Of a DNA stretch of 58,679 nt, positions 7,831 to 17,488 are shown one piece after another (position 1 is the first letter of the stretch; each line of letters opens with the position of its first letter). This stretch comes from a plasmid: sequence record NC_009704.1; one strand, 5' to 3'. Below the pieces are notes generated by a model. That model was not told the origin of the DNA. It was given only the letters and a program-made list of their open reading frames with translations, and did not search any database. Made by a program: the position numbers and the translations under genes.

Positions 7831-10360
7831 ATATATTCCTATAGCCTATGGAATATTAGGATTTTTATTGGTTCTAATCCTATTTTCCTTAATACGCGCT
7901 GCAAATAACGAGATCAGCTTAAAAAAATTTCGGTCAAAAGATGCTGGGGTATCCGATTTACTTAACTATGCAGCTGTTGTAGCAGATGGCGTAATCGTGG
8001 GTAAAAATGGCTCCTTTATGTCCGCATGGTTATATAAAGGTGATGATAATGCGAGTAGCACTGACGCCCAACGGGAGCTAATTTCATTTCGTATCAATCA
8101 AGCATTTGCCAAAATGGGTTCTGGCTGGATGGTACATATAGATGCCGTTCGTCGCCCTGCGCCAAATTACAGTGAGACAGGAGCATCACACTTCAGAGAT
8201 CCAATATCAGCGGCAGTTGATGAAGAACGTCGTCAATACTTTGAAAGTTTAGGGACGTTATATGAAGGCTTTTTTGTCTTAACCTTAACGTGGTTCCCTC
8301 CATTACTGGCGCAAAGAAAAATAATAGAATTGATGTTTGATGATGATTCAGAAAAACACAGTAAAACATCACAAACTCATCACTTAATCGAGCAATTCCA
8401 AACAGAAACAAAAAATTTCGCAGATCGCCTTTCTTCATCAATATCCCTAGTTCAATTATGTAGTGAAAAAGTAATCAATGAAGATGGCAGCGAAGTTACC
8501 CATGATAATCTACTGAGTTGGTTGCAATTCTGTTTAACCGGAATTATTCAACCTATATTATTACCAAACAATCCAATGTATATAGATGCTCTAATTGGTG
8601 GCCAAGAGCTTTATGCGGGCGTTGTTCCGCGAATAGGCCGCAAATTTATTCAATGTGTGGCCATTGAAGGTTTCCCATTAAATTCTTATCCAGGAATATT
8701 ATCTTCATTGGCTGAGTTATCTATTGAATATCGCTGGTCAACACGATTTATATTTTTAGATAATTTTGAAGCGGTAAGTCATTTAGAAAAATTCCGTAAA
8801 AAATGGAAGCAAAAAATTCATGGTTTCTTTGATCAGCTATTCAACACTGGTCGCGGAGATGTCAATGAAGATGCTTTAAGCATGGTTGGGGATGCCTCAG
8901 CAGCCATAGCAGAAACAAATAGTGGCATGGTTAATCAAGGATACTACACAAATAACATCATCTTAATGGGGGAAGATAGGGCGCTTGTAGAAGCTTCAGC
9001 ACGTCGAGTTGAAAAAGAGATTCAGCGTCTAGGGTTTGCATCCAGAACCGAAACGATAAATACAATGGACGCATTCTTTGGGTCTTTACCTGGTCATGGT
9101 GTGGAAAATGTTAGGCGACCTCTCATGAACACCATGAACGTTGCTGATATGATTCCAACCAGCACTATTTGGACTGGTGAAAACTACGCCCCTAGCCCTC
9201 TATATCAGCCAAATGCTCCAGCACTCATGAGTTGTGTTACAAACGGTAGCTCTCCTTTTAGGTTAAATCTACACGTTCGTGATTTAGGTCATGGTTTTAT
9301 GTTTGGCCCAACGCGGTCAGGGAAATCAACCCATTTATCAACTATTGCCATGCAGTTTCTAAGATATTTTGGCTCTCGCGTTTATAGTTTTGATAAAGGG
9401 ATGTCAATGTATCCCACTTGTAAAGCTGTTGGGGGAAATCATTTCACTGTTGCTGCCAATGATGACAAATTATCTTTTGCTCCTTTATCAATATTAAAAA
9501 CCAGGAGTGATAAAGCGTGGGCAATGGAATGGATAGATACGATTCTGGCTTTAAACGGAGTTATAACAACAGCTGCTCAGCGCAACGAAATTGCAAAAGC
9601 AATCGTCAATATGGCGGAGAGTAATTCTAAAACCATATCTGAGTTTTCATTATTAATTCAAGATGAAGGTATAAGGAATGCACTGAAACAATATACAGTT
9701 GATGGCTTGATGGGTCATTTACTTGATGCTGAGGAAGATGGATTAACCCTTGCTGACTTCATAACATTTGAAATTGAAGATTTAATGAACCTAGGCGAAA
9801 AATTTGCGCTTCCAGTTCTTCTTTATTTATTCAGACGTATAGAAACATCTTTAGATGGTCGACCAACATTAATCATTCTTGACGAAGCATGGTTAATGTT
9901 AGGCCATGAGGTATTCCGTGAAAAAATTCGTGAGTGGCTTAAAACCCTCGCAAAATTGAATTGCAGTGTATTAATGGCTACTCAAAACCTTTCTGACGCA
10001 AGTAATTCTGGAATATTAGACGTTATTGTCGAATCTACCGCCACGAAAATTTATCTTCCTAATGTTAACGCCAGAGAAGAATCTGCGGCAGCTCTCTATA
10101 CCCGAATGGGCCTTAACCCTCGCCAAATTGAGATCATCGCTTCAGCGGTACCAAAACAAGATTACTACTTCGTAAGTGAGAAGGGTCGCAGATTATACAA
10201 CCTTGCATTAGGCCCGTTAGCACTCGCATTCGTGGGAAGTACAGATAAAGAGTCCATTGCTGCGATCAAGGAGTTAGAAGCACGATACGGTGATGCTTGG
10301 GTACATGAATGGTTACGAATCAAAGGCATTAGCCTTAATGATTATGGAGTTGCAGCATGA
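7823..10360 (+). CDS. trbE: TrbE/VirB4 ATPase
   Basis: 845 aa with Walker A GPTRSGKST. Size and position match VirB4. Confidence 0.9.
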   Translation: MIEYIPIAYGILGFLLVLILFSLIRAANNEISLKKFRSKDAGVSDLLNYAAVVADGVIVGKNGSFMSAWLYKGDDNASSTDAQRELISFRINQAFAKMGSGWMVHIDAVRRPAPNYSETGASHFRDPISAAVDEERRQYFESLGTLYEGFFVLTLTWFPPLLAQRKIIELMFDDDSEKHSKTSQTHHLIEQFQTETKNFADRLSSSISLVQLCSEKVINEDGSEVTHDNLLSWLQFCLTGIIQPILLPNNPMYIDALIGGQELYAGVVPRIGRKFIQCVAIEGFPLNSYPGILSSLAELSIEYRWSTRFIFLDNFEAVSHLEKFRKKWKQKIHGFFDQLFNTGRGDVNEDALSMVGDASAAIAETNSGMVNQGYYTNNIILMGEDRALVEASARRVEKEIQRLGFASRTETINTMDAFFGSLPGHGVENVRRPLMNTMNVADMIPTSTIWTGENYAPSPLYQPNAPALMSCVTNGSSPFRLNLHVRDLGHGFMFGPTRSGKSTHLSTIAMQFLRYFGSRVYSFDKGMSMYPTCKAVGGNHFTVAANDDKLSFAPLSILKTRSDKAWAMEWIDTILALNGVITTAAQRNEIAKAIVNMAESNSKTISEFSLLIQDEGIRNALKQYTVDGLMGHLLDAEEDGLTLADFITFEIEDLMNLGEKFALPVLLYLFRRIETSLDGRPTLIILDEAWLMLGHEVFREKIREWLKTLAKLNCSVLMATQNLSDASNSGILDVIVESTATKIYLPNVNAREESAAALYTRMGLNPRQIEIIASAVPKQDYYFVSEKGRRLYNLALGPLALAFVGSTDKESIAAIKELEARYGDAWVHEWLRIKGISLNDYGVAA

Positions 10361-11079
10361 TTTTCAATCTGTTCAAAAAGAAAGAAAAAACTTTAGCGGC
10401 TAAAGTTTCTCAAACCGATAACCCCTATTTGAATGCACGTCGTACGTGGAATGGTCATGTTTCAGGGGTTATGTCAGCTATTCAGATCTGGCAGGTAGTT
10501 GGCATACTGGCTCTCCTAATTGCTTTAACAGCCGTAGGAGGAATAATTAAGATTGGTAGCCAGTCAAAATTTGTTCCTCTTGTTTTTCAGCAAGATAGTA
10601 CGGGAAATACTCTTTCAGTAACTCGCGCTGACAAGATACCTGATGCAAAAATTGAAGACTATCGGACTACAGCAGCTAAGTTTATTGAAAACATTCGGCT
10701 AGTTACCGCTGATTCAAGTTTACAAAGAAAGGCTGTTTTACAAACTTATTCTTATTTGTCCGCGAAAGATCCATCAACAATAAAAGCCAATGAATACCTT
10801 AATAGCAGTAAAGAAGCCAATCCATTTAATCGGGCAACTAAAGAATTAGTCAGTGTTGATGTTAAATCAGTAATGATTATTTCAGATGAATCATGGCAAG
10901 TAGATTGGGAGGAAACATTGAGGGGAAGAGATGGAACTCTAAAAGGTAAACCATACATGATGAGAGCCATTGTTAATTTATATCAGAATCAACCAACAGA
11001 TGATAATGCAGAAGTTGAAGTGTTACGTAATCCACACTTTATCTTTGTTCGTGATTTTAATTGGTCAAAACCACTTTAA
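10357..11079 (+). CDS. trbF: TrbF (VirB8-like)
   Basis: 240 aa with an N-terminal TM helix and periplasmic domain. Position matches RP4 trbF. Confidence 0.7.
   Translation: MIFNLFKKKEKTLAAKVSQTDNPYLNARRTWNGHVSGVMSAIQIWQVVGILALLIALTAVGGIIKIGSQSKFVPLVFQQDSTGNTLSVTRADKIPDAKIEDYRTTAAKFIENIRLVTADSSLQRKAVLQTYSYLSAKDPSTIKANEYLNSSKEANPFNRATKELVSVDVKSVMIISDESWQVDWEETLRGRDGTLKGKPYMMRAIVNLYQNQPTDDNAEVEVLRNPHFIFVRDFNWSKPL
10392..10404. promoter_or_regulatory. KorB operator (OB) inside the 5' end of trbF
   Basis: TTTAGCGGCTAAA exact. Encodes LAAK in frame. Confidence 0.7.
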
Positions 11080-11093
11080 CTAGGGGCTAAAAA

Positions 11094-11981
11094 ATGAAAA
11101 AAACAATTATCTCTATATTAGCCCTTAGTGTTTTGGCTACACCCTCATATTCTGTTCTTGCTGATGATTTAGCCGACCAATATTTTTCAAAAGAAACTCG
11201 GCAATTAACACCTCAAGAAAAAGCCGCGATTGCTATTGGTGAAAAATGGCAAACAGGCAATGCTACCAGCAAACCTGTAGCGGCGACTGATGGATCTATT
11301 CGGTTTATTTTTGGTTCCGGACAAATTCAGATTTTATGCGCTGTTCTTCAAGTTTGTGATATTGCATTACAACCAGGAGAGCAAGTCAACAGCATTAATG
11401 CTGGCGACCCACGCTTTATTGTTGAACCTGCTATTACTGGATCTGGTGCTTCTGAACAATTACATCTGATTGTGAAGCCATTAGATGTTGGCCTAGACAC
11501 ATCGCTTGTCGTCGGAACAGATCGCAGAACATATCATTTTCGTCTTCGTTCTTCCCGCAAAGAGTTTATGCCGTTAGTTTCATTCACCTACCCCGAAGAT
11601 GCTCAAGCTAAATGGGCAGCAATTCAGGCGAGAGAGAAGAAAGAGAAGACTGATAATACCATTCCACAAACTGGTGAATATCTTGGGAACTTAAACTTCA
11701 ATTACGATATTTCCGGATCAGCTCGTTGGAAGCCAACCCGAGTATATAACGATGGTACAAAAACCATTATTGAAATGTCGTCTGAAATGCGTCAGTCCGA
11801 AGCACCAACTCTATTAGTTGTTAGAAAAAATGGAGGGGTGTTCAGTGACCCTGAAACGGTAATGGTTAACTATCGAGTACAAGGAAATCGTTACATAGTA
11901 GACACGATTTTTGACAAGGCAATGCTCGTTGTCGGTGTCGGCTCAAGTCAAGACCGCGTAACAATTACCCGAGGGAAATAA
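11094..11981 (+). CDS. trbG: TrbG (VirB9-like)
   Basis: 295 aa with a signal peptide. Size and order as in RP4. Confidence 0.75.
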   Translation: MKKTIISILALSVLATPSYSVLADDLADQYFSKETRQLTPQEKAAIAIGEKWQTGNATSKPVAATDGSIRFIFGSGQIQILCAVLQVCDIALQPGEQVNSINAGDPRFIVEPAITGSGASEQLHLIVKPLDVGLDTSLVVGTDRRTYHFRLRSSRKEFMPLVSFTYPEDAQAKWAAIQAREKKEKTDNTIPQTGEYLGNLNFNYDISGSARWKPTRVYNDGTKTIIEMSSEMRQSEAPTLLVVRKNGGVFSDPETVMVNYRVQGNRYIVDTIFDKAMLVVGVGSSQDRVTITRGK

Positions 11982-11983
11982 CA

Positions 11984-12433
11984 ATGCGGAAAATTCTTGT
12001 TCTGACTTTATTAGTTTTCAGTATCGCGGGGTGTATATCCTCACCAAACGGCAATTATGCGAGTGCGCCAATTGGCTTCGATCAAAAAATGGCAGAGGAC
12101 ACAGTTAAACAACTTGTTTTGTTATACCCGCCAGCGCATACCCGCTTCACTTTAAAGCAGTCTCCTACTGATGCTTATGGTGCATATTTAGTTAAATCTC
12201 TTCGCCTTAAGGGTTATGCCATAGCTGAGCTATCACACACAGATAAGCAAGCTGCAAGTAAAACCGCGTTCTCTTCAAACACAAATATGACGTTGGAATA
12301 CATCGTTGATTCTGTAGCCAATACAAATCTTTATCGTGTCACGATAAATGTGGGTAAACAGACATTAAGTAGGGCTTACGTCTCACAGAACGGCAGTATC
12401 TATCCGTCAGTATCTTGGGCGAGGAAGGAATAA
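11984..12433 (+). CDS. trbH: TrbH lipoprotein (VirB7-like)
   Basis: Lipobox IAGC after a signal peptide. 149 aa. Confidence 0.6.
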   Translation: MRKILVLTLLVFSIAGCISSPNGNYASAPIGFDQKMAEDTVKQLVLLYPPAHTRFTLKQSPTDAYGAYLVKSLRLKGYAIAELSHTDKQAASKTAFSSNTNMTLEYIVDSVANTNLYRVTINVGKQTLSRAYVSQNGSIYPSVSWARKE

Positions 12434-12437
12434 GACT

Positions 12438-13817
12438 ATGGCAAATACCGATAATCAAATGTCTCCATCCAACTCTCCTGGTTCAATAGGAAAAACGGGT
12501 GTTCGTCGAGTGAATAATCTTCCACTAATTATTGTTCTCTCTGTGATAACAATATTTATCGCTATTATTGCTATGGTTGCAGTAAAAAGGTCTGACCAAC
12601 AAAATCAAGCCCCTGAAACCCCAAAATCAGAAAAAACAGTTAGCAGCTCTTCAATGGCCGCAGATATTGTCGCTGGCCATAATAACGGTATTATCCCACC
12701 AGAACAGATTACCGCCCCAACTCAAGCATCAGAACCAACTGAGCCAACAGAACCAACAACAGCGATTCCAGTTGCAAAAGTTGATAACCCAAATGAACCA
12801 CCAGTACCTCCTCGTAATAACGGGAGCCGCCAAGATATACCTAACGATCCCGATTTAGACCGTATAAAAATGGCAAAGCTGCAACAATTTGAAGAAGCAG
12901 TTAAAGCTAAGACAACTGTTTCTATTCCAACACTTCGCGATAATGCAACCGGCGCAGATGGGGCAACACCGACAAGAGATCAAACCTTGGCGCGCTTAGA
13001 AGCTGTTCGGCGTCAAATTGATCAAACACAAAATGAAGACCCAACTTCGGCCTACAAAAAACGCTTACAGCAATTGCAAGGTAATGGCGGGATGAGCGGA
13101 GATAACGCGAGTTCTGGCGGTGATGGCCTTGCTACATCCAGTAGCAACGATATTGAACAATTTGCCGGTACTGGCGTAACAGACCGTTGGGCATTGAATA
13201 CAAAAGTTGAAGCTCCTCGTTCACCATTTGAAATTAGAGCTGGTGCGGTTGTTCCTGGCGTAATGATCAGTGGCGTTAATTCTGATTTGCCTGGTCAAAT
13301 AATGGGCCAAGTGACACAAGATGTATTTGATACTCCAACGGGCAAACATCTATTAATTCCTCAAGGAACTCGGCTGACTGGCTCATACACAAGTGATGTC
13401 GCTTTTGGTCAGTCAGCAGTAATGATTGCTTGGCAACGTATGATTTTCCCTGATGGAAAGGCGCTAGATATTGCAGCAATGCCCGGAGCTGATAGTGCCG
13501 GTTATTCCGGCTTCCGAGATCAAGTTAATAATCATTTATTCCGGATATTTTCCTCAGCATTCCTACTCTCTGGCGTTACTGCGGGGGTGACGTATAGCCA
13601 AGGGAGAAATGAGAACAGCAATGGGAATAATAGCCCTACCGCAAGCAGCGCATTAAGTGAAGCGTTAGGTCAACAGTTTGGCCAAGTCACCGCCCAAATG
13701 ATTGCCAAGAATTTAAACATTGCACCAACTTTAGAAATTCGTCCTGGTTATCGCTTCAATATTATTGTCATTAAAGATATGACATTTAAAAAGCCTTATA
13801 AGCCATTTGATTACTAA
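12438..13817 (+). CDS. trbI: TrbI (VirB10-like)
   Basis: 459 aa with an N-terminal TM helix, a Pro-rich linker and a conserved C-terminal domain. Confidence 0.8.
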   Translation: MANTDNQMSPSNSPGSIGKTGVRRVNNLPLIIVLSVITIFIAIIAMVAVKRSDQQNQAPETPKSEKTVSSSSMAADIVAGHNNGIIPPEQITAPTQASEPTEPTEPTTAIPVAKVDNPNEPPVPPRNNGSRQDIPNDPDLDRIKMAKLQQFEEAVKAKTTVSIPTLRDNATGADGATPTRDQTLARLEAVRRQIDQTQNEDPTSAYKKRLQQLQGNGGMSGDNASSGGDGLATSSSNDIEQFAGTGVTDRWALNTKVEAPRSPFEIRAGAVVPGVMISGVNSDLPGQIMGQVTQDVFDTPTGKHLLIPQGTRLTGSYTSDVAFGQSAVMIAWQRMIFPDGKALDIAAMPGADSAGYSGFRDQVNNHLFRIFSSAFLLSGVTAGVTYSQGRNENSNGNNSPTASSALSEALGQQFGQVTAQMIAKNLNIAPTLEIRPGYRFNIIVIKDMTFKKPYKPFDY

Positions 13818-13834
13818 CCTTTGAGGGATGTGTT

Positions 13835-14611
13835 ATGACTTTTTTAAACAACCGTTCTTTAGCCGCTAAAATTATGTTCTTGGTCGCGCTATCAGGTTCG
13901 CCAGTAACACAAACATCCTATGCGGGTGGTATTCCGGTAATGGATTTGACCAATTTAACGCAAAACATCATGACTGCGATGGAAAGTGTAGCGCAGACAC
14001 TCAAACAGATTGAACAGTATAAAACTCAGCTTCAGCAATACGAGAATATGCTGCAAAACACTATGGCTCCGGCTGCATGGATATGGGATCAAGCCAACAA
14101 CACAATTAACGACTTAATGCGTTCTGTAGACACATTGAATTATTACAAACAGCAGGTTGGCAGTATTGATAAATACTTGGATCAGTATCAAGACGTCACT
14201 TGGTATCGCAACTCTCCATGTTTCAAAGGTAAGAGCTGTTCACCTCAACAGATGCAAGCAATTCGCGACACTATCGCTGCCAGTTCTGAAGCACAGAAAC
14301 GCAGTAATGATGCAATGTTACGCGGCGTGGATCAGCAACAAGTATCTCTGCAAAACGATGCCCGACAGTTGGTGAACTTACAGCAACAAGCCCAAGGAGC
14401 TACAGGGCAAATGGCAGCAATGCAATACGCCAATCAATTAGCCAGTTCCCAAACTAATCAGCTTCTACAAATTCGCGGTTTACTACTGGCACAACAAACA
14501 GCGACAGCTACACGCGCCGCCGCAGTTAATGCAAAAGAATCGATTGAAACAGCTGGGGCCGAGAGTTTCCGAGCTGGCAGCTTAGATAAAAGCCCAGTGA
14601 AAAAATGGTAA
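13835..14611 (+). CDS. trbJ: TrbJ (VirB5-like)
   Basis: 258 aa with a signal peptide and a coiled-coil, Gln-rich body. Position matches. Confidence 0.6.
   Translation: MTFLNNRSLAAKIMFLVALSGSPVTQTSYAGGIPVMDLTNLTQNIMTAMESVAQTLKQIEQYKTQLQQYENMLQNTMAPAAWIWDQANNTINDLMRSVDTLNYYKQQVGSIDKYLDQYQDVTWYRNSPCFKGKSCSPQQMQAIRDTIAASSEAQKRSNDAMLRGVDQQQVSLQNDARQLVNLQQQAQGATGQMAAMQYANQLASSQTNQLLQIRGLLLAQQTATATRAAAVNAKESIETAGAESFRAGSLDKSPVKKW
13868..13881. promoter_or_regulatory. KorB operator (OB) inside the 5' end of trbJ
   Basis: TTTAGCCGCTAAAA. Encodes LAAK in frame. Confidence 0.7.
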
Positions 14612-14625
14612 TCATAGGAGATCAC

Positions 14626-14826
14626 ATGAAAATGAAAAAACATCTTTTTTTGGCGTTAACAATCTCAGTTATTGGTTTTCTAGTTGGCTGCGACAACCCA
14701 ACAGTTGCAACAGAAAAACAGCCATGTGAAAACAAAAATGAGTTAACAAAAGCTGAACAACAGGCGATTGCTAGTGACTGTTTTAGAACTGGTAATTTCG
14801 AAAAAAGTCCTGAGAAAAAGTGGTAA
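14626..14826 (+). CDS. trbK: TrbK-like entry-exclusion lipoprotein
   Basis: AGGAG ribosome-binding site, then MKMKK...LVGC lipobox. About 66 aa, at the trbK position. The ORF track starts earlier, at 14605. Confidence 0.5.
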   Translation: MKMKKHLFLALTISVIGFLVGCDNPTVATEKQPCENKNELTKAEQQAIASDCFRTGNFEKSPEKKW

Positions 14827-14830
14827 CACC

Positions 14831-16195
14831 ATGAAAAAAATCTCTCTGTCCGTATTAGCTGTAGTGCTCCTGATTGTGGCTCTTCAGGCGCAAGCTGGCA
14901 CCGGCATTAATAGTGCTGGCTTACTTGATGACATATTAGAACGTTTCGCTAATACGGCCTCCGGATGGGGAGATCGCATAGTTAGCTATGGTCTGTGGCT
15001 ATTTTGGGGACTAACCCTTCTTAGCATGGTATGGACTTACGGCATGATGGTATTAAAGAAATCGGATATTCAAGAGTTCTTTGCGGAAACAATACGTTTT
15101 CTAGCCGCCACCGGTTTCTTTTTATGGATATTAGTTAATGGCCCAGCCATTGCTATTTCAATAATTAATACCTGCCGCCAAATAGCGGCTAACGCTTCTG
15201 GTTTAAGTAATGCTTTATCACCGTCAGGCATTGTAGATATTGGTTTCGATATTGCCGGAAAAGTGGTTGATAAATCATCTATATGGTCACCGGCTGACTC
15301 CACTGTTGGACTGTTGGTTGCAACCGTTATTTTATGCATGTTGGCCCTAGTCGCAATCAACATGCTCTTAATGCTAATTACCGGCTGGCTCTTAGCTTAC
15401 GCTGGCGTTTTTATTCTTGGATTCGGCGGTGGCCATTGGACTCAAGATATTGCCATAGCGTATTACAAGCAAGTACTCGGGGTAGGTATACAGACTTTCG
15501 TCATGATCCTCTTAGTCGGTATTGGGCAATCATTTATTGACCAGTATTACGCGGCGATGGGTGATGACATGGCCCTTAAAGAACTGTTGGTTATGCTCGT
15601 TGCTTCCTTCGTTCTATTAATGTTAGTTGCTCAACTACCACCAATGTTTGCGGGAATTGTCGGAGCCGGTTCTGGAGGCGGTTCATTGGCGTTCGGTATG
15701 GGGGCGGCCCTTGGAGCAGCAGGTATGGCCGCAGCTACAGCAGGTGCCGCTGGTGCCGCCGCAATCAGTGGAGCAACAAGCGCCGCAGGTGGAATGTCAG
15801 CGCTTCAGGCAGCATTTGAATCAGCGCAGCAAAGCATGGACGCTGGCAGTAGCCCTAGTGGTGAAGGACGTAGCTCTTCAGGTGGAAGTCTTTCAGAAGC
15901 AATGGGAAGGGCGGGGGGTTTTGCTAGGTCGATGGGATCAAGTCTTGTCGATGCTGCCCGTGATGTTGCTCAAGAAAAAGCTGGAGCAATAAAAGACTCA
16001 ATTCAGGAAAGAGTCTCTGAAACCACTGGTGGAAAAATGGCTGACTCGATCCGTGAAAGTAGTGGAATGAATATTGGAAATGATAACAGTCAATTTGATG
16101 GTGATGGTCTAGGGGCTGGAAACAATGCAGGAAATAGCGCTTCCACACCAGAAACCGATGAAGAAATGATTGATCAATTTGTTAATAAAAAATGA
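14831..16195 (+). CDS. trbL: TrbL (VirB6-like) polytopic membrane protein
   Basis: Start MKKISLS follows directly after the trbK stop. Multi-TM with a Gly/Ala/Ser-rich C-terminal tail. Confidence 0.75.
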   Translation: MKKISLSVLAVVLLIVALQAQAGTGINSAGLLDDILERFANTASGWGDRIVSYGLWLFWGLTLLSMVWTYGMMVLKKSDIQEFFAETIRFLAATGFFLWILVNGPAIAISIINTCRQIAANASGLSNALSPSGIVDIGFDIAGKVVDKSSIWSPADSTVGLLVATVILCMLALVAINMLLMLITGWLLAYAGVFILGFGGGHWTQDIAIAYYKQVLGVGIQTFVMILLVGIGQSFIDQYYAAMGDDMALKELLVMLVASFVLLMLVAQLPPMFAGIVGAGSGGGSLAFGMGAALGAAGMAAATAGAAGAAAISGATSAAGGMSALQAAFESAQQSMDAGSSPSGEGRSSSGGSLSEAMGRAGGFARSMGSSLVDAARDVAQEKAGAIKDSIQERVSETTGGKMADSIRESSGMNIGNDNSQFDGDGLGAGNNAGNSASTPETDEEMIDQFVNKK

Positions 16196-16247
16196 TGGGC
16201 AGGAGCTTAATTATGAACACAACAAATACATCAGCAGGAGAATAATT

Positions 16248-16868
16248 ATGGTTTTCCTTGATCTACCACCTCAATTACATGAGCGCGTTGTTTGTTCAAT
16301 TACCTCTGCATTAAAGTACGAGGTACCGGCCAACATTGTACTTGGTATCGCTGAAAAAGAAGGCGGTAAGCCAGGGCAATGGGTCAAAAATACCAACGGT
16401 ACTCACGATGTTGGCCCATTACAGTTTAATACTCAGTATTTAAAAGAATTAAGCAAGTATGGTATTACCGCAGAAGATGTCGCTCAAGCAGGGTGTTATT
16501 CATATGATCTTGCTGCCTGGAGGTTGCGTGGCCATCTTATGAATGACAAGGGAGATATATGGACAAGAGCCGCCAATTATCATTCCCGAACACCAAAGTT
16601 TAATGCGCCATATCGTGCTGACCTGATACAGAAAGCAACTAAATGGGGAGATTGGCTTGAAGCGCGATTTGTAACTTATACGGTTACGACTCCTGGAGCG
16701 GCACCTGCGAGGATTGCTAGCAGAATTACGACTGTAGCCAAACCACAAAATGAAATTGTAAAAAAAACAATTGAAGTTAAATCGATTAGTAATATTGAAA
16801 AAAAATACAATCCGGCAGCAGCTCAAGCGCTTGCTTCCGTATTTGCTCCAAAAATGGGAAATAATTAA
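16248..16868 (+). CDS. trbN: TrbN-like lytic transglycosylase
   Basis: AGGAG ribosome-binding site before the ATG at 16248. SLT-like motifs: GIAEKEGG, GPLQFN, AAWRL. Confidence 0.7.
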   Translation: MVFLDLPPQLHERVVCSITSALKYEVPANIVLGIAEKEGGKPGQWVKNTNGTHDVGPLQFNTQYLKELSKYGITAEDVAQAGCYSYDLAAWRLRGHLMNDKGDIWTRAANYHSRTPKFNAPYRADLIQKATKWGDWLEARFVTYTVTTPGAAPARIASRITTVAKPQNEIVKKTIEVKSISNIEKKYNPAAAQALASVFAPKMGNN

Positions 16869-16986
16869 TACAGGTATCACTCAGTTTTAAACGGTTAAAT
16901 GTAGTTAAAATTTGCTAACTCACAAAATCCCCAATTCTGGCGTGATTTTGGCGGAGCTTGCCCAATAGATAGAAAGGCATTTAAAA

Positions 16987-17466
16987 ATGAAAAACTGGTA
17001 TCTGTTATCATACAAATATGGACAGGTTAACAGAGTTCAATTTGGTTTAGATAGATTAGGCGTTAATAGTTTCAGCCCAAGTATACAGGTGAAAAAAGTT
17101 AGATCTGACAGCGGAACTATACGCCTTGTAAATGAACCGATGTTTCCTACATATTTATTTGTAGAGTTTGATATTGAGTCAATACATACAACAACAATAA
17201 GTTCAACACTTGGCGTAAATTACTTTGTCAAGTTCGGAACAGAACCAAAACCAATTCCGTTATCACTAATACACCAACTAATGAATAGGTCTGAATGTAG
17301 TAGTCAAAGAAATGAAGAAATCGATGAAATAGCTACTATCCCAGATAAAAAATTACGCTGTGCTTTATTTATTAAGTTGATAACACAGATACCAGATAGT
17401 TTTGAACAAAATTCATTAATTAAAACTCATCATTTACCAGCTACACATCAAACATTATCTAGCTAA
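16987..17466 (+). CDS. RfaH/NusG-paralogue transcription antiterminator with a divergent C-terminal domain
   Basis: The N-terminal domain is near-identical in pattern to E. coli RfaH (WYLL.YK.GQ...EPMFPTYLFVEFD.ESIHTTTISSTLGVNYFVKFG). The C-terminal 60 aa are unlike the KOW domain. Confidence 0.7.
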   Translation: MKNWYLLSYKYGQVNRVQFGLDRLGVNSFSPSIQVKKVRSDSGTIRLVNEPMFPTYLFVEFDIESIHTTTISSTLGVNYFVKFGTEPKPIPLSLIHQLMNRSECSSQRNEEIDEIATIPDKKLRCALFIKLITQIPDSFEQNSLIKTHHLPATHQTLSS

Positions 17467-17488
17467 TAGCATTAAAAAGGCAGAAAAA

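Noticed and set aside
16940-16965. An ops element for the RfaH paralogue (GGCGGAGCTTG) was considered.
   Set aside because: It lacks the T of the GGCGGTAG core, so spacing to the TG is off. It is also upstream of the rfaH-like gene itself rather than in the pil leader. Kept only as a note inside the RfaH finding.
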